64,000 bases of DNA, from contig PKCI01000011.1 in the NCBI GenBank assembly GCA_002862135.1, positions 10,195-74,194 on the forward strand, given 5' to 3'. Shown here piece by piece: positions 1 through 10,600 of this stretch. Below the pieces are notes generated by a model. The model was given only the letters and a program-made list of their open reading frames with translations. It did not search any database and was not told where the DNA came from. This DNA comes from Verrucomicrobiota bacterium. Lineage in GTDB: Bacteria; Verrucomicrobiota; Verrucomicrobiia; Verrucomicrobiales; DEV007. Positions within the stretch are counted from its first letter, which is position 1. Each line of letters begins with the position of its first letter. A program made the translations under genes and the position numbers.

Positions 1-795
1 CAGGTTCGCCTTGGCTCGAATCCGAACGAGGAAAGCCCCTTCCTCTGGATACTCCTCGAGAATCTTCCCGAGAAAGAGCTGCTTTCGTCCCAGCAGGTTC
101 GAATAGTCTCTGCCCTGGGCGGCCGAGCCCACATTGGCGTTCGTCTTTTCCAGCACATGACTAAACACCGGCGGCTTTCCTTCAGTCACAATTGCCTTGC
201 CCAACGCTTGTCGGGCTTCGTGAAGGTAATACTCCAACTGCATCGCCGACATTTGCAGCGTCGCGCCGTTATTTTTGAATCCGTCCTCCGAGAGGCCTTC
301 AGGAGGGAGTGAAGTGGTGTAGTTCGTTTCGATGCCGAGCAAGTCGGTCATCGTGTTCTGGTATTCGAGCCTATTGAGACGGCGCACCACAGGACGACCG
401 CCTGTGCTCTTCATCGCCTTAACCACCGCCTTGATCTCATGGTTGAGCCAGGCAATCAAAGTGCGGCGCTCGTCGTCCGAGAGGCGCGGCTCATCCTCCG
501 GCGGCATCTCGTCGAAATTGAGTAGATCGAGCGTGTCGTGCCAAGTTTCCGCCGCCGGACGATCATTGATCATGTCCGTGCTCAGCGTATCAAAGCGAAC
601 GTCGCCCTTATCTTTATCCGGGCCATGGCAGGCAAAGCAATGCTTCTCAAGAATGGGGCGAATGTCAGACTCGTAGGAGTATTCGACGGCAAGCGCCGAC
701 GAACTCAGCACCCACGTGAAAACGACCAACGCAACGATGCGGTCGATCGGCAAAATGGAGGGTCGAGCTACCGCTCGACCGCAACACGCATTCAT
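1..795 (-). CDS. DUF1592/DUF1588-family protein with N-terminal planctomycete-type cytochrome c domain (5' part; runs off the window start; absent from the ORF track)
   Basis: Manual translation from the ATG at 795 (GGAG upstream): MNACCGRAVARP...YESDIRPILEKHCFACHGPDKDKGDVRFDTLSTDM...RRLNRLEYQNTMTDLLG. It has a CxxCH motif and is a close paralog of 2172..4652. Confidence 0.85.
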   Translation of the reverse strand, partial: MNACCGRAVARPSILPIDRIVALVVFTWVLSSSALAVEYSYESDIRPILEKHCFACHGPDKDKGDVRFDTLSTDMINDRPAAETWHDTLDLLNFDEMPPEDEPRLSDDERRTLIAWLNHEIKAVVKAMKSTGGRPVVRRLNRLEYQNTMTDLLGIETNYTTSLPPEGLSEDGFKNNGATLQMSAMQLEYYLHEARQALGKAIVTEGKPPVFSHVLEKTNANVGSAAQGRDYSNLLGRKQLFLGKILEEYPEEGAFLVRIRAKANL

Positions 796-813
796 AACTC
801 CAGCAGCTACCGA

Positions 814-2139
814 CTACGCCACAATTTCCTCGAGCTCACCGGTGCTGTCAGCAAACGCATCCACCGGCACCTCAAGACGATTCAGAATGGTGCGGTGCAC
901 ATTCGCAAACGGAGTGTCCTCGCCGTAGCGGTGATACTGCCCGTGCTTCAGGCCAAGCTGGCTTCCACCCGCAAGGATCGTCGGATAGTTTTTGTTGTTG
1001 TGAGTGTTACTGTTGCTCGAGCCATACATCACGATGGTGTGGTCGAGCAAATTACCCTCCCCTTCAGGAGTATCACGCAGGCGCTGCAGGAAGTAGCTGA
1101 ACTGCTTGGCGCGGAACTGGTCCCACTTACCGAGAGCTTCAGCACCGCCCGGCTTGTTTCCACCGTGAGCCAGCGAGTGGCTCGACTTCCCGAACCCAAG
1201 CAACTGCGGGAACTTACCGGCGATTGAAGTCGCACCGTTCATGTTATCCAGTTGGTAGGTCGCAAAGCGGGTCGAGTCAGTCTGGAAAGCGAGGAATATG
1301 AGATCGTACATCGTCTTCATGAGCTCCTCCGGAGTGGAGTCATCCGCGTCGAGATGCAAACCGGTCGCATTCACGCTGGGCTTAGGAATGTCCAGCCACT
1401 GCTCGGAGCGCTCGACGCGTTCCTCGATCTGGCGAACCGATGAGAGATACTCGTCGAATTTCTCCTGGTCACGCTTGCCCAGCTTTCCGCGAACAGACTT
1501 CGAATGCTCCAGCACGAGGTCGAGCATGCTGCGGGAATTCGTGAGCTGCGAACGCTGCTCTTCCTTGGAACCCTTCTCCACGCCGAAGAGACGATTGTAA
1601 ACCAGGCGCGGCTGATTGATCGCCGGGATTGGCTGACCGGTTCTGGTGTAGGACAAGGTGCTCGAGCGAGTCACTTCACCAACACCGCCGGTATTGGAAA
1701 GCGTGACGGAGCGAAAACGGGTTTCATCACCGAGGTGCTCAGCGGCGATCTGGTCCAGCGAGATCGTGTTGGTCATCTGAGCACCCTTCAGCATGGCCCC
1801 TGTGAGCCAAATGTCCGCGGTGTCGTGACCGCCAATGGTCCGTCCGTTCGGGTGAGACAATCCACCAAGCACGCTCAAATCACTGCGAAGAGGCTCCAGC
1901 GATTTGAGGCTCTCGTTAAACTGGTATTCAGCGCCTTCGCCCTCAGGGAACCAACGCCATTTGGCATTCTCATCCTTGCCGTTCATCGACACTCCGTAGG
2001 GAAAATAGACAGCGGCGAATCGTTTCGGACGCGGTGCCGCGGCAGCGTTCACGCTCATGCATTCGAGAAAAGGAAGCGAAAGGGTGACTCCTGTGCCACG
2101 CAGGAACGTACGTCGATCGAGATACCAGGGTTTGCTCAT
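814..2139 (-). CDS. DUF1552-family protein, Tat-like signal
   Basis: N-terminal DRRTFLRGTGVTLSLPFLECM, plus GGLSHP...GHD, and SNSNTHNNKNYPTILAGG near the C-terminus; sits between DUF1592 genes as is typical. Confidence 0.85.
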   Translation of the reverse strand: MSKPWYLDRRTFLRGTGVTLSLPFLECMSVNAAAAPRPKRFAAVYFPYGVSMNGKDENAKWRWFPEGEGAEYQFNESLKSLEPLRSDLSVLGGLSHPNGRTIGGHDTADIWLTGAMLKGAQMTNTISLDQIAAEHLGDETRFRSVTLSNTGGVGEVTRSSTLSYTRTGQPIPAINQPRLVYNRLFGVEKGSKEEQRSQLTNSRSMLDLVLEHSKSVRGKLGKRDQEKFDEYLSSVRQIEERVERSEQWLDIPKPSVNATGLHLDADDSTPEELMKTMYDLIFLAFQTDSTRFATYQLDNMNGATSIAGKFPQLLGFGKSSHSLAHGGNKPGGAEALGKWDQFRAKQFSYFLQRLRDTPEGEGNLLDHTIVMYGSSNSNTHNNKNYPTILAGGSQLGLKHGQYHRYGEDTPFANVHRTILNRLEVPVDAFADSTGELEEIVA

Positions 2140-2171
2140 GAGTTTGGTAGGCTAGCGGTTTAGAAGGAATA

Positions 2172-4652
2172 TCACTTGGTAAGGAAAGCGTTACAGGCAG
2201 CCACCTCTTGAACGAGGCGATGCAATTGATAGTCGTGTTCGATAAAGTCGGCGGTGAGTTGATCGATCGCATCCTCGTCGGTCAGCTCCATCGAACGACC
2301 GAGCGCATAGGTCATCAGCTTGATAACAAGAGCGCGGGCAAATTGTTCTCTCTTTTCTTCCAGCAAATAGCTCTTCAACCCGTCCATGCCATCGATATCC
2401 GTTCCCCCGGGCAGCGTCGTCTCGGTGATCACCGGCTGGGTGAACATCTTGCCCTTCTTCTCGGGATCGCGCCTCGGAATCTCGGTTCGATAAAGCCCGT
2501 CGGCACCAAATCCCTCCATGGCGATCCCCCATGGATCGATACTGCGGTGGCAATCGTTACAGGCCGCCTGTTCGCGGTGAATCTTCAGTTGCTCGCGCAC
2601 CGGCAGATTCGCGAAATCCGGATTCTCCGAATCAAGACCGGGCACATTCGGAGGTGGATTCGCCGGCGGATCATCGAGGAGACGCTCGCGCAACCAGACC
2701 GCTCGCAGAACCGGATGGGAATCCTCGCCCGTCGAGTGACCAAGCAAGACACTGGCCTGAGTCAGGAGACCACCACGCTTGGACGACTCCGGCAGGGACA
2801 CGCGTTCAAACTTCATTCCGCGCGGGCTCTCATCGAGTCCGTAGTGCATCGCTACGGGACGGTTTACCATCGCGAAGTCGGAATCGAGAAAGTTCAATGC
2901 GCTCATCCGCTCGCGAAGCACTTCGGCAAAGAAGTGTTTGGTCTCTTCGCGAATCGACGGCTTGAGGTCGTCATTCCAGTCCGGATAAAACTCGGGGTTC
3001 ACTGCCACGCGATCCACCGCACCGACATCGAGCCATTGATCGACAAACTGATCCACAAAGTTCCAGGAACGCTCGTCATCCAGCATGATGGCCACGGCGC
3101 GTTTAATCTGGCCCTTCTTCTGCAGTTGCCCCTTCTCTGCTGCGGTGAGCAAACTTTCGTCAGGCATGGTTCCCCAGAGGAAATAGGAGAGGCGCGACGC
3201 AATCTCCCAGTCATCCAGCGGGCGCTTTTCTTCCCCGCCGGGCTCCACGAGATAAAGGAAATCCGGAGAGATTAACACCATCGCGAGCGGTTCACGAATC
3301 GCTTCTTCAAAGCTCGGAACGGTCTCGCGAACCTGGTCAAATAGCGTGAGGTAGGGTTCCACCTCAGCCACTTCAACCGGTCGTCGAAATGCACGGTGCA
3401 TGAATCGCTTCAACACCTGCGCCGCATAACCACGCTCATTGGACTCACGCTTCTTTGAAGGAAACAAGATTTCCGAATGATGCTTCGGCGGCCAGCTGGC
3501 GAAAACCGGGCCAGCAAACTCGACCGATTCAACTTCAATCGTGGGGAGCTGAGGCTCTTCCGGCCAGACCTTCTTCGTCTTTGCCCTTTTTTTCCCCACT
3601 GCTGGCTCGACTGTTACCGTCTCCTGCTTCGGCATGGGCGAGCCGTCGTCGTAAATGTTAGCCACCCGGATCAGCAGACCGGGAAATTTGCTCTGCACTC
3701 GCGAGGGCAGCGGGTAGTCTTCGATTCGACCACGGAACTCGTAGGTTTGGATCCGCTCCGAAGTCACTTCAACTTCATCGACAATTCGTTCCGGCATGAG
3801 GGTATCGACTCGGTATCCCAGGGCAACTTCCATGCGGGGATAGCCCTGCCCCTCTTTCAAGTCCGCCCTCGCCCGAATCCTGACAAGAAACTCACCATGC
3901 TCGTGATAGTCCTCTTCGATCTTGCCAAGGAAGAAACTCGTCCTTGAGAGCGTATTGGAATAATCACGCCCACGCTCTGATTTGCCGCCCGCAGTTCCGT
4001 TACTCTCTACAATCACGTGGCGAAACACCTCCGGCTTCCTTCCACTGACAATCGCCTTACCCATTGCCATGCGGGCAGCCTCGAGGTAGTGGTCCAACTG
4101 CATCGCTGACATCTGGAGAGACGCACCGTTGTTTTTAAATCCGTCTTCAGACAAACCTTCTGGCGGAAGGTTGTTTGCGTAATCAGTCTCGATACCGAGC
4201 AAGTCGGTCATCGTGTTCTGGTATTCGATTCGATTGAGACGACGCACCACCGGGCGTCCGCCTGTACTCTTCATCGACTTGACCACGGCCTCAATTTCGT
4301 GGTTGAGCCAGGCAATCAAAGTTCGCCGTTCATCGTCAGATAGTCGCGGCTCATCCTCCGGCGGCATCTCGTCGAAATTGAGCACATCAAGGGTGTCATG
4401 CCAGATCTCCGCCGCTGGACGATCATTAATCATGTCTGTGCTCAGCGTGTCAAAGCGAATGTCATTCTTCTGCTTCTCCGGCCCGTGGCAGGAGAAACAA
4501 TGTTTCTCAAGAATCGGAAGGATCTCCGTCTCGTAGTCCGCCGACGCGAGCACCCCGGAAGCTCCCAGGGCAACAGCCCCCGAGATTAATGCCAGCATGT
4601 CACAAAATTTTTTCGTCATTCCAAGTCGTCCCGGCTTCCAAGACACCATCAT
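2172..4652 (-). CDS. DUF1592/1588/1587/1595/1585 multi-domain protein with haem c motifs
   Basis: CFSCH at the N-terminus, RRLNRIEYQNTMTDLLG, ASRLSYFLWGTMPD, RGGLLTQASVL, CNDCHRSIDPWG. Real start may be 4619. Confidence 0.88.
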   Translation of the reverse strand: MMVSWKPGRLGMTKKFCDMLALISGAVALGASGVLASADYETEILPILEKHCFSCHGPEKQKNDIRFDTLSTDMINDRPAAEIWHDTLDVLNFDEMPPEDEPRLSDDERRTLIAWLNHEIEAVVKSMKSTGGRPVVRRLNRIEYQNTMTDLLGIETDYANNLPPEGLSEDGFKNNGASLQMSAMQLDHYLEAARMAMGKAIVSGRKPEVFRHVIVESNGTAGGKSERGRDYSNTLSRTSFFLGKIEEDYHEHGEFLVRIRARADLKEGQGYPRMEVALGYRVDTLMPERIVDEVEVTSERIQTYEFRGRIEDYPLPSRVQSKFPGLLIRVANIYDDGSPMPKQETVTVEPAVGKKRAKTKKVWPEEPQLPTIEVESVEFAGPVFASWPPKHHSEILFPSKKRESNERGYAAQVLKRFMHRAFRRPVEVAEVEPYLTLFDQVRETVPSFEEAIREPLAMVLISPDFLYLVEPGGEEKRPLDDWEIASRLSYFLWGTMPDESLLTAAEKGQLQKKGQIKRAVAIMLDDERSWNFVDQFVDQWLDVGAVDRVAVNPEFYPDWNDDLKPSIREETKHFFAEVLRERMSALNFLDSDFAMVNRPVAMHYGLDESPRGMKFERVSLPESSKRGGLLTQASVLLGHSTGEDSHPVLRAVWLRERLLDDPPANPPPNVPGLDSENPDFANLPVREQLKIHREQAACNDCHRSIDPWGIAMEGFGADGLYRTEIPRRDPEKKGKMFTQPVITETTLPGGTDIDGMDGLKSYLLEEKREQFARALVIKLMTYALGRSMELTDEDAIDQLTADFIEHDYQLHRLVQEVAACNAFLTK

Positions 4653-4792
4653 AATCCACTGTGACTAGCCGCCTTTCAATTCCGGGACCGTCACGTAGTC
4701 GAGTCCCAGTGCCCTGCGCAGGCGAGCCTCAGTTTTTTGTGAAAACACATCAACTGGCCTGCGGAAGATCCGCAGAACCGCGTTTCCTCGAC

Positions 4793-5842
4793 TCAGTCAC
4801 CGTGAATCAGCTTCGGCTCCACGGTGAGCCGAATTTCTCCGGGAGCCCGATTATCGCGGATCGCCGACGTCAGATGCTGCACCGCGAGATGAGCCCGTTC
4901 GTGAATCCCCAGATCGATGGTGGCCGGCCTCGGACAGAGTCCTGCCAGGTAACTGATTTCGTTATCGCAGGAAACAAATTCCACCTCGCTTCCTACGGCA
5001 ATCTTTCTCCGCGACAGGAGCCGGTGGGCCATCGCCGTCATCGCATCCGAAGGGCAGAATACCCCTGAGGCGATCGGCAGCTCTGCCACAAACCGATCGA
5101 CGAGACGCTCCATTCGTGACTCGAGGTCATCCACTGTCGAAATCCTCGCCTCCGTTTTTCGCGGGACCGCCGCCCCATAGTTGGTGACTTCAGCCCCGGC
5201 CGACCTCACCGCTTTCTGAAACGCCTTCCCGCGGGCACTGAAAGAGGGATTTCCAGCCTCGGCCAGGAAAACTGCCAAGCGTCGATGCCCGCGCTCCAGG
5301 AGGTATCGAGCGGCCAGACTACCGACTTCATCGTTACCTGCCAGAATCGATGTCGCTCCCTGTTGCCAGAACGAAGTCAGGCAAACGACCGGTCGGCTGA
5401 GTATTCTCTTCAAAAACGGATCTGTTGCAGAAAGCCCGACGATGAGGAAGCCGTCCACCTTGTCCAGCACCGTCGGCAATCCTTCCTCCGCATGGTGGAA
5501 ATGCAGAATCGTGGAATACCCTTCACGATTCGCCTCAGCCTGAGCCAAGCTGTATAGCTTCACCATGAACTCAGAATGCATTCGCATCCCGACCGGGTCT
5601 ACCAATACGGCCAGCAGTCCCGAATTGGCCCGCAACTCCAACCTAGGATTTCGACCCGTTCGTCGGTCCGGCGGAGGCGCTTCGTAACCGACCCTTTTCA
5701 TCGCCCTGAACACGCGCTGCCTCGTCTCCTCGTTAACAAAAGATCGACCGTTCACCACGCGCGATACCGTGGATTGCGATACTCCGGCAAGAACGGCCAC
5801 CTCGGACATGCTCATCCGGACAAGGTCTCTATTATGCATCAT
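4793..5842 (-). CDS. LacI-family transcriptional regulator
   Basis: HTH MSEVAVLAGVSQSTVSRVVNG followed by a periplasmic-binding-fold effector domain; likely start 5815. Confidence 0.9.
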   Translation of the reverse strand: MMHNRDLVRMSMSEVAVLAGVSQSTVSRVVNGRSFVNEETRQRVFRAMKRVGYEAPPPDRRTGRNPRLELRANSGLLAVLVDPVGMRMHSEFMVKLYSLAQAEANREGYSTILHFHHAEEGLPTVLDKVDGFLIVGLSATDPFLKRILSRPVVCLTSFWQQGATSILAGNDEVGSLAARYLLERGHRRLAVFLAEAGNPSFSARGKAFQKAVRSAGAEVTNYGAAVPRKTEARISTVDDLESRMERLVDRFVAELPIASGVFCPSDAMTAMAHRLLSRRKIAVGSEVEFVSCDNEISYLAGLCPRPATIDLGIHERAHLAVQHLTSAIRDNRAPGEIRLTVEPKLIHGD

Positions 5843-5848
5843 TATGCA
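5835..5848. promoter_or_regulatory. Candidate operator palindrome TGCAT-N4-ATGCA in the divergent LacI/sulfatase intergenic region
   Basis: attatgcatcattatgcaat at 5831-5850 contains both an inverted repeat and an ATTATGCA direct repeat. Confidence 0.35.
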
Positions 5849-5904
5849 ATCAGAAAGACCGGTTCGGCTTGAGGCTTACGTCCGGGCAGGTTTCGATAGA
5901 ATCG

Positions 5905-7395
5905 ATGAAAACATTGTCTTCCCGACTTCTCGCGATCTTCGCTCTAACCACGCTCGTCTCCTTGGCCTGCAACCTCCGAGCAGAAACCAAACGCCCCAAC
6001 ATTCTCTGGTTGGTCGGCGAAAACATGAAACTCGATCTCGGCTGCTATGGCACTGAGAACGTCAAAACACCAAACCTCGACGGTCTCGCCGCCAAGGGTG
6101 AGCGCTACACCCACGTTTTTTCTACCTCCCCCGTCTGCGCTCCCAGCCGAAGCGCTTTCTTCGTCGGCATGTACCAAACTTCGAGCGACACCCACAACAT
6201 GCGCTCCCATCGCGAGGATGATTACCGACTTCCGGAAGGCGTTCGTCCGCTCACGCATCGGCTCATGGATGTTGGTTATTTCACCGCCAACATCGCAACC
6301 ATGAACGGGGAGGAAGTCGGCTCAGCCAAGCTCGATCTCAACTTCGTCAACGAAGGCAAGCTCTACGACACCGATAAGTGGGAAGACCTCAAAAGCAACC
6401 AGCCCTTCTTTGCCCAGGTAAACATGCTCGAAGCCGAGTACGACATCTACGACCGCCAGACGTGGAAACAGCCGCGCGTCGAATGGAAGGGTGAAAAGCA
6501 TCACGAAAAAATTGCCACCGCCGACAATGTGACTCCCCCGCCCTACTACCCCGACCACCCGCTCGTCCGCGAAGAGTGGGCGCGCTATCTCAACTCCATC
6601 TCCGGAATGGACAAGACCATCGGCAAAATCCTCGCGCAGCTCGAGAAGGACGGTGTGGCCGATGACACGGTCATCATTTTCTTCGGCGACAACGGCCGCA
6701 TCGAGCCCCGCGGCATTCACTGGTGTTATGACAGTGGCCTGCACGTTCCCATGATCATCCATTGGCCCAAAAATTTCCCGGCGCCAGCCAACTACTCTCC
6801 CGGCGCAGTCAAAGACGAAGTCATCAGCCTGATTGACCTCACTCCGACCACGCTTGGCTTTGCCGGGATCGAGCGCCCGCTTGGGATGCATGGCCGCATC
6901 TTTCTGGGCGACCGACTCGGACCGGAGAGGAAGTATGCCTTCTCAGGTCGTGACCGGGTCGACGAAACCGTTAATCGCATTCGCAGCGTGAGGGGCCAGC
7001 GCTACCACTACCTTCGAAACTACTACCCCGATCGTCACTTCACTTCACTGAACCGCTACAAGGAAAAGTGTTTCCCCATCAAACCACTCATGCGCGAGAT
7101 GATGGAGAACGGGGAACTTTCCGGCCCTCCTGCGGATCTGATGTCTGACACGGTCGCGCCCGAGCAGCTCTTTGACACGGTCAACGATCCCCACGAGATC
7201 AACAACCTCGCCGATTCTGAGGAGCCAGAGCATGTCGAAGCCCTCATTCGCATGAGAGCCGCATTGGACACCTGGATGGTGGAAACCCAGGACCAGGGAG
7301 TGTTTCCTGAACCCGACGAGATCGTCGCTCCCTTCGAGAAAGAAATGCATGACTGGTTCGGCACTCCTGAGTGGCATCCCTACAAGGGCGACTAG
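5905..7395 (+). CDS. Sulfatase (formylglycine-dependent), secreted
   Basis: Signal peptide, RPNILWLVGE, active-site motif CAPSRSAF, IFFGDNG. ORF track starts at 5869; ATG at 5905 is more plausible. Confidence 0.92.
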   Translation: MKTLSSRLLAIFALTTLVSLACNLRAETKRPNILWLVGENMKLDLGCYGTENVKTPNLDGLAAKGERYTHVFSTSPVCAPSRSAFFVGMYQTSSDTHNMRSHREDDYRLPEGVRPLTHRLMDVGYFTANIATMNGEEVGSAKLDLNFVNEGKLYDTDKWEDLKSNQPFFAQVNMLEAEYDIYDRQTWKQPRVEWKGEKHHEKIATADNVTPPPYYPDHPLVREEWARYLNSISGMDKTIGKILAQLEKDGVADDTVIIFFGDNGRIEPRGIHWCYDSGLHVPMIIHWPKNFPAPANYSPGAVKDEVISLIDLTPTTLGFAGIERPLGMHGRIFLGDRLGPERKYAFSGRDRVDETVNRIRSVRGQRYHYLRNYYPDRHFTSLNRYKEKCFPIKPLMREMMENGELSGPPADLMSDTVAPEQLFDTVNDPHEINNLADSEEPEHVEALIRMRAALDTWMVETQDQGVFPEPDEIVAPFEKEMHDWFGTPEWHPYKGD

Positions 7396-7690
7396 CGGTC
7401 ACACACACACTCGTCTTCTTCAAACTGAGTCTGGTCCTACAAGGGCGCCCCTTCACCAAAGAAGGGCGCCTTCCGCTACGGCTATGCGGGCTACCTTCCT
7501 CCAGAAGAGCAGTTCGAATACGGCAACTACGAAAGGTGCACAGGCCGATTCGGTCTTCTCGAGGAATCAGCCGAAGGCGTTCTCCGTGAGAAGATCTTCA
7601 ACCTGCTGAACCAACTCAAAGAGAGAACACTATAATCACCGCAGATAGGGACTCCTCGCCGACCGCCCAATTCGCTAACCTCATCTTATC

Positions 7691-10600
7691 ATGAGTCGGC
7701 TAATTTGCCTCGCCCTCTTCCTGCTTCCCTTGAGGTGTCAGGCTCAGCATCATGTTGATGTCCTCAAGAATACCGACTCGTTGGAATGGAAATACGACAC
7801 GGAAAAACGACCCGAGTTAGAGGGCTTCCCACCATTTGAACTCCATGATGGCGTTCTCCGGATTTCCGAAAAAGTCGCCGGCCTTCTCAACTATCCCTGT
7901 GATCAGGAAAATCGTCACGTCGTCCTTGAGTTCAAGTGGGGCGAACGCACCTCATCGGATTTGGAGAACACCGCACGCCGTGCCAATGCCAGCGCCGGGG
8001 CGGGCCTCGTCTCTCTCCGCGAATCCATGTCCGGCGACTTGCTCGTTCCGCAAAAGTTAGGGGCCGCAGCTTCCAAGAGTAAAGCCTACGACGATACCGT
8101 CCCGAACCGGCGCGGAGCCCACACCCACAGCAATTCGATCGAATCCCCTTTCGGTCACTGGAACCGCCTCGAGATCATTGCGCGAGACCATCAACTCACC
8201 GTGAAGCTAAACGGTGAGACCGTGAACGAAGCCACCTTTACGAACCCCCTTCGCCCCGCGGTCTCACTCAGTCCCACTTTTGCTGAGCTATTCGTCCGGC
8301 GATGGGATATCTTTCAGCCTGGCACCTTCAGCGAAACCTGGCAGCCTGACACGGCTTCAACTGACACCGGATACTCCACCACCGGCGAGAGTATTCTGCC
8401 TCGCGATTACCCGCTTTCACCCGAGGAATCGCTCGCCGCCTGGCAGATCGACGGTGACTACCAGCTGCAACTCGTGGCCGCGGAGCCTCTCACCTGCGAC
8501 CCGGTGGATGTCTCCTGGGATTCCCAAGGTCGTCTCTTCGTCGCCGAGATGCGCGACTACCCGCTTCCCACCGAACACGGTGGTTACCTGTCTCGAATTC
8601 GCCTGCTCACTGACACGAATGGCGACGGCGTCATGGACGAAGCCATCACCTGGGCAGACCATCTCGATCACGTCCAGGGGCTGACTCCCCATCGCGAAGG
8701 ATTCATTGCTACCACAAGAACGGCCATCCTTTACCTAGCAGACACCGACGGTGATGATCGCGCCGACCATATCGAACCGCTCTATCACAGCAACGATCCC
8801 AAGCACAACCAGCTCCAGGTGTCATCTCCTCGCCGCGGTCTCGACAACTGGATCTACCTCAACAACGGCCTCGATCTAAAGCAAATCTACCGGGACGGCT
8901 TCCCTGATGCCACCCTCAACATCTCCAAGTCCAACATTCGTATCCATCCACAGAACCACGCGATCAAAGCCGTTAGCGGCTATGGCCAGTACGGAGCGAC
9001 GCAGGACGATTTTGGCCGACGGTTTTTCAGTTCGAATCGAAACCCGATCATGATGGCAGTGATGCCTTTCAAGCAGGGCTACGAAGACATCGCCCCTTCC
9101 GGCGAGAATTCGAAGGTGTATCCGTTAGAGCTGAGCCACACCACTTCCGTAGCCCACGCCGGCACTCACACCGCCGCCTGCGGACTCGCCGTTTACCGGG
9201 GGAATGCCATCCCTGATCTGAAGGGGAATCTCTTCGTCTGCGAACCCACCGCCCAACTCGTCACCCGCTCCCGCCTGATGGAAAACGGGCCCAGCTTCCG
9301 GGCGGAGCGAATCGGGGACAAAACCGACTTTATCGTTTCGAGCGACGAATGGAGCCGACCGGTAAACCTGCGCAACGGCCCCGACGGTTGCCTCTATCTC
9401 TGCGACATCTACCGCCGCTTCATCGATCACTCCCGTTTCTTCCCCGAAGCGTTTTCGAAGTCCCATTACATGCGGGCAGGATTTGATCATGGTCGGATCT
9501 ATCGATTGATCCCGAGGGATTCGTCACCGCCTCCAGCGGAACCATTGCCGCAGAGCTCCGAAGCACTGGTTGAAGAACTCAAGAGCCCCAATGCGTGGCA
9601 ACGCGTTCACGCCCAGCGCCTCATCGTGGAATCAGGTGACAAATCGGTCGCTCCTCTCCTCGAGTCATTGCTCGACCGAAGCCCGCTACCTGAAACGAGA
9701 GTTCACGCCTTCGGCGCTCTCCTTGGACTTGAGGCACTCAACGAGAGGCACTTCAAGACCGCCCTGGGAGATCCCGAAACCGGTGTTGCTGAAAATGCTC
9801 TCCTCGCTGCCTTACCCGGTCAGGCGGAGCAGGAAATCCTCGACCTCGCGCGCAGTCGAAATGATCGAGCCAGTTTCCTTGCACTGATCCATGTGTCTCA
9901 ATATCAATGGCGAAACGAAGAGGCACTCGACCACATTCACCAGCTCCTTCACGCCACCAAAGGCGGGGCAAACTCATGGAACAGAAAAGCGATTCTCGGA
10001 GGATACCAGATCGACGTTGGCAGCATACTTTCGAGGATGCTGACCAGCCCTGTCCCGCCAACCGGTGAGCCCGCCCAGAGTGATGAGAGGCTGAACATGT
10101 ATCGAGAATTTTCCGCCGCGGTCGCCGCCAGCAGCAGCACTTCTCAACTCGATGCGATCCTGCAAGCAATGGAATCGGTCACCGATCAGGACCACCAATT
10201 AGCCATTGCCAAGGGTATTTCAACCGGGCTGCCCCGGTCAAACTTCAAGACAAAGAACCTCGCCGCATTCATTGCATCTCCTCCGGAGCAGCTCACGCAT
10301 TCCACGAATTCTCTCTCGCAAATCGTGGACCTGGCCAACGAACTGGCTCAAGATGAATCCCAGTCCGCCGTCACGCGAGTCGCGGCGATTGAGATTGCGA
10401 GCCAGAACGACTTCGCCTCTGTCCTGCAACGAACGTTTTCACTCATCACCCCAGTACAACCTTCCGACGTGCAAACTGCCGCGGTCCGCTCGCTCGGCCG
10501 CTTCTCGAAAAACCGCAAAGAAACCGCTCAGTTCTTTTTCAACCAATGGAAGACTCTGCCTCCTCCAACGCGCCGTGAAGCAATCAACCTGCTCACCGGA

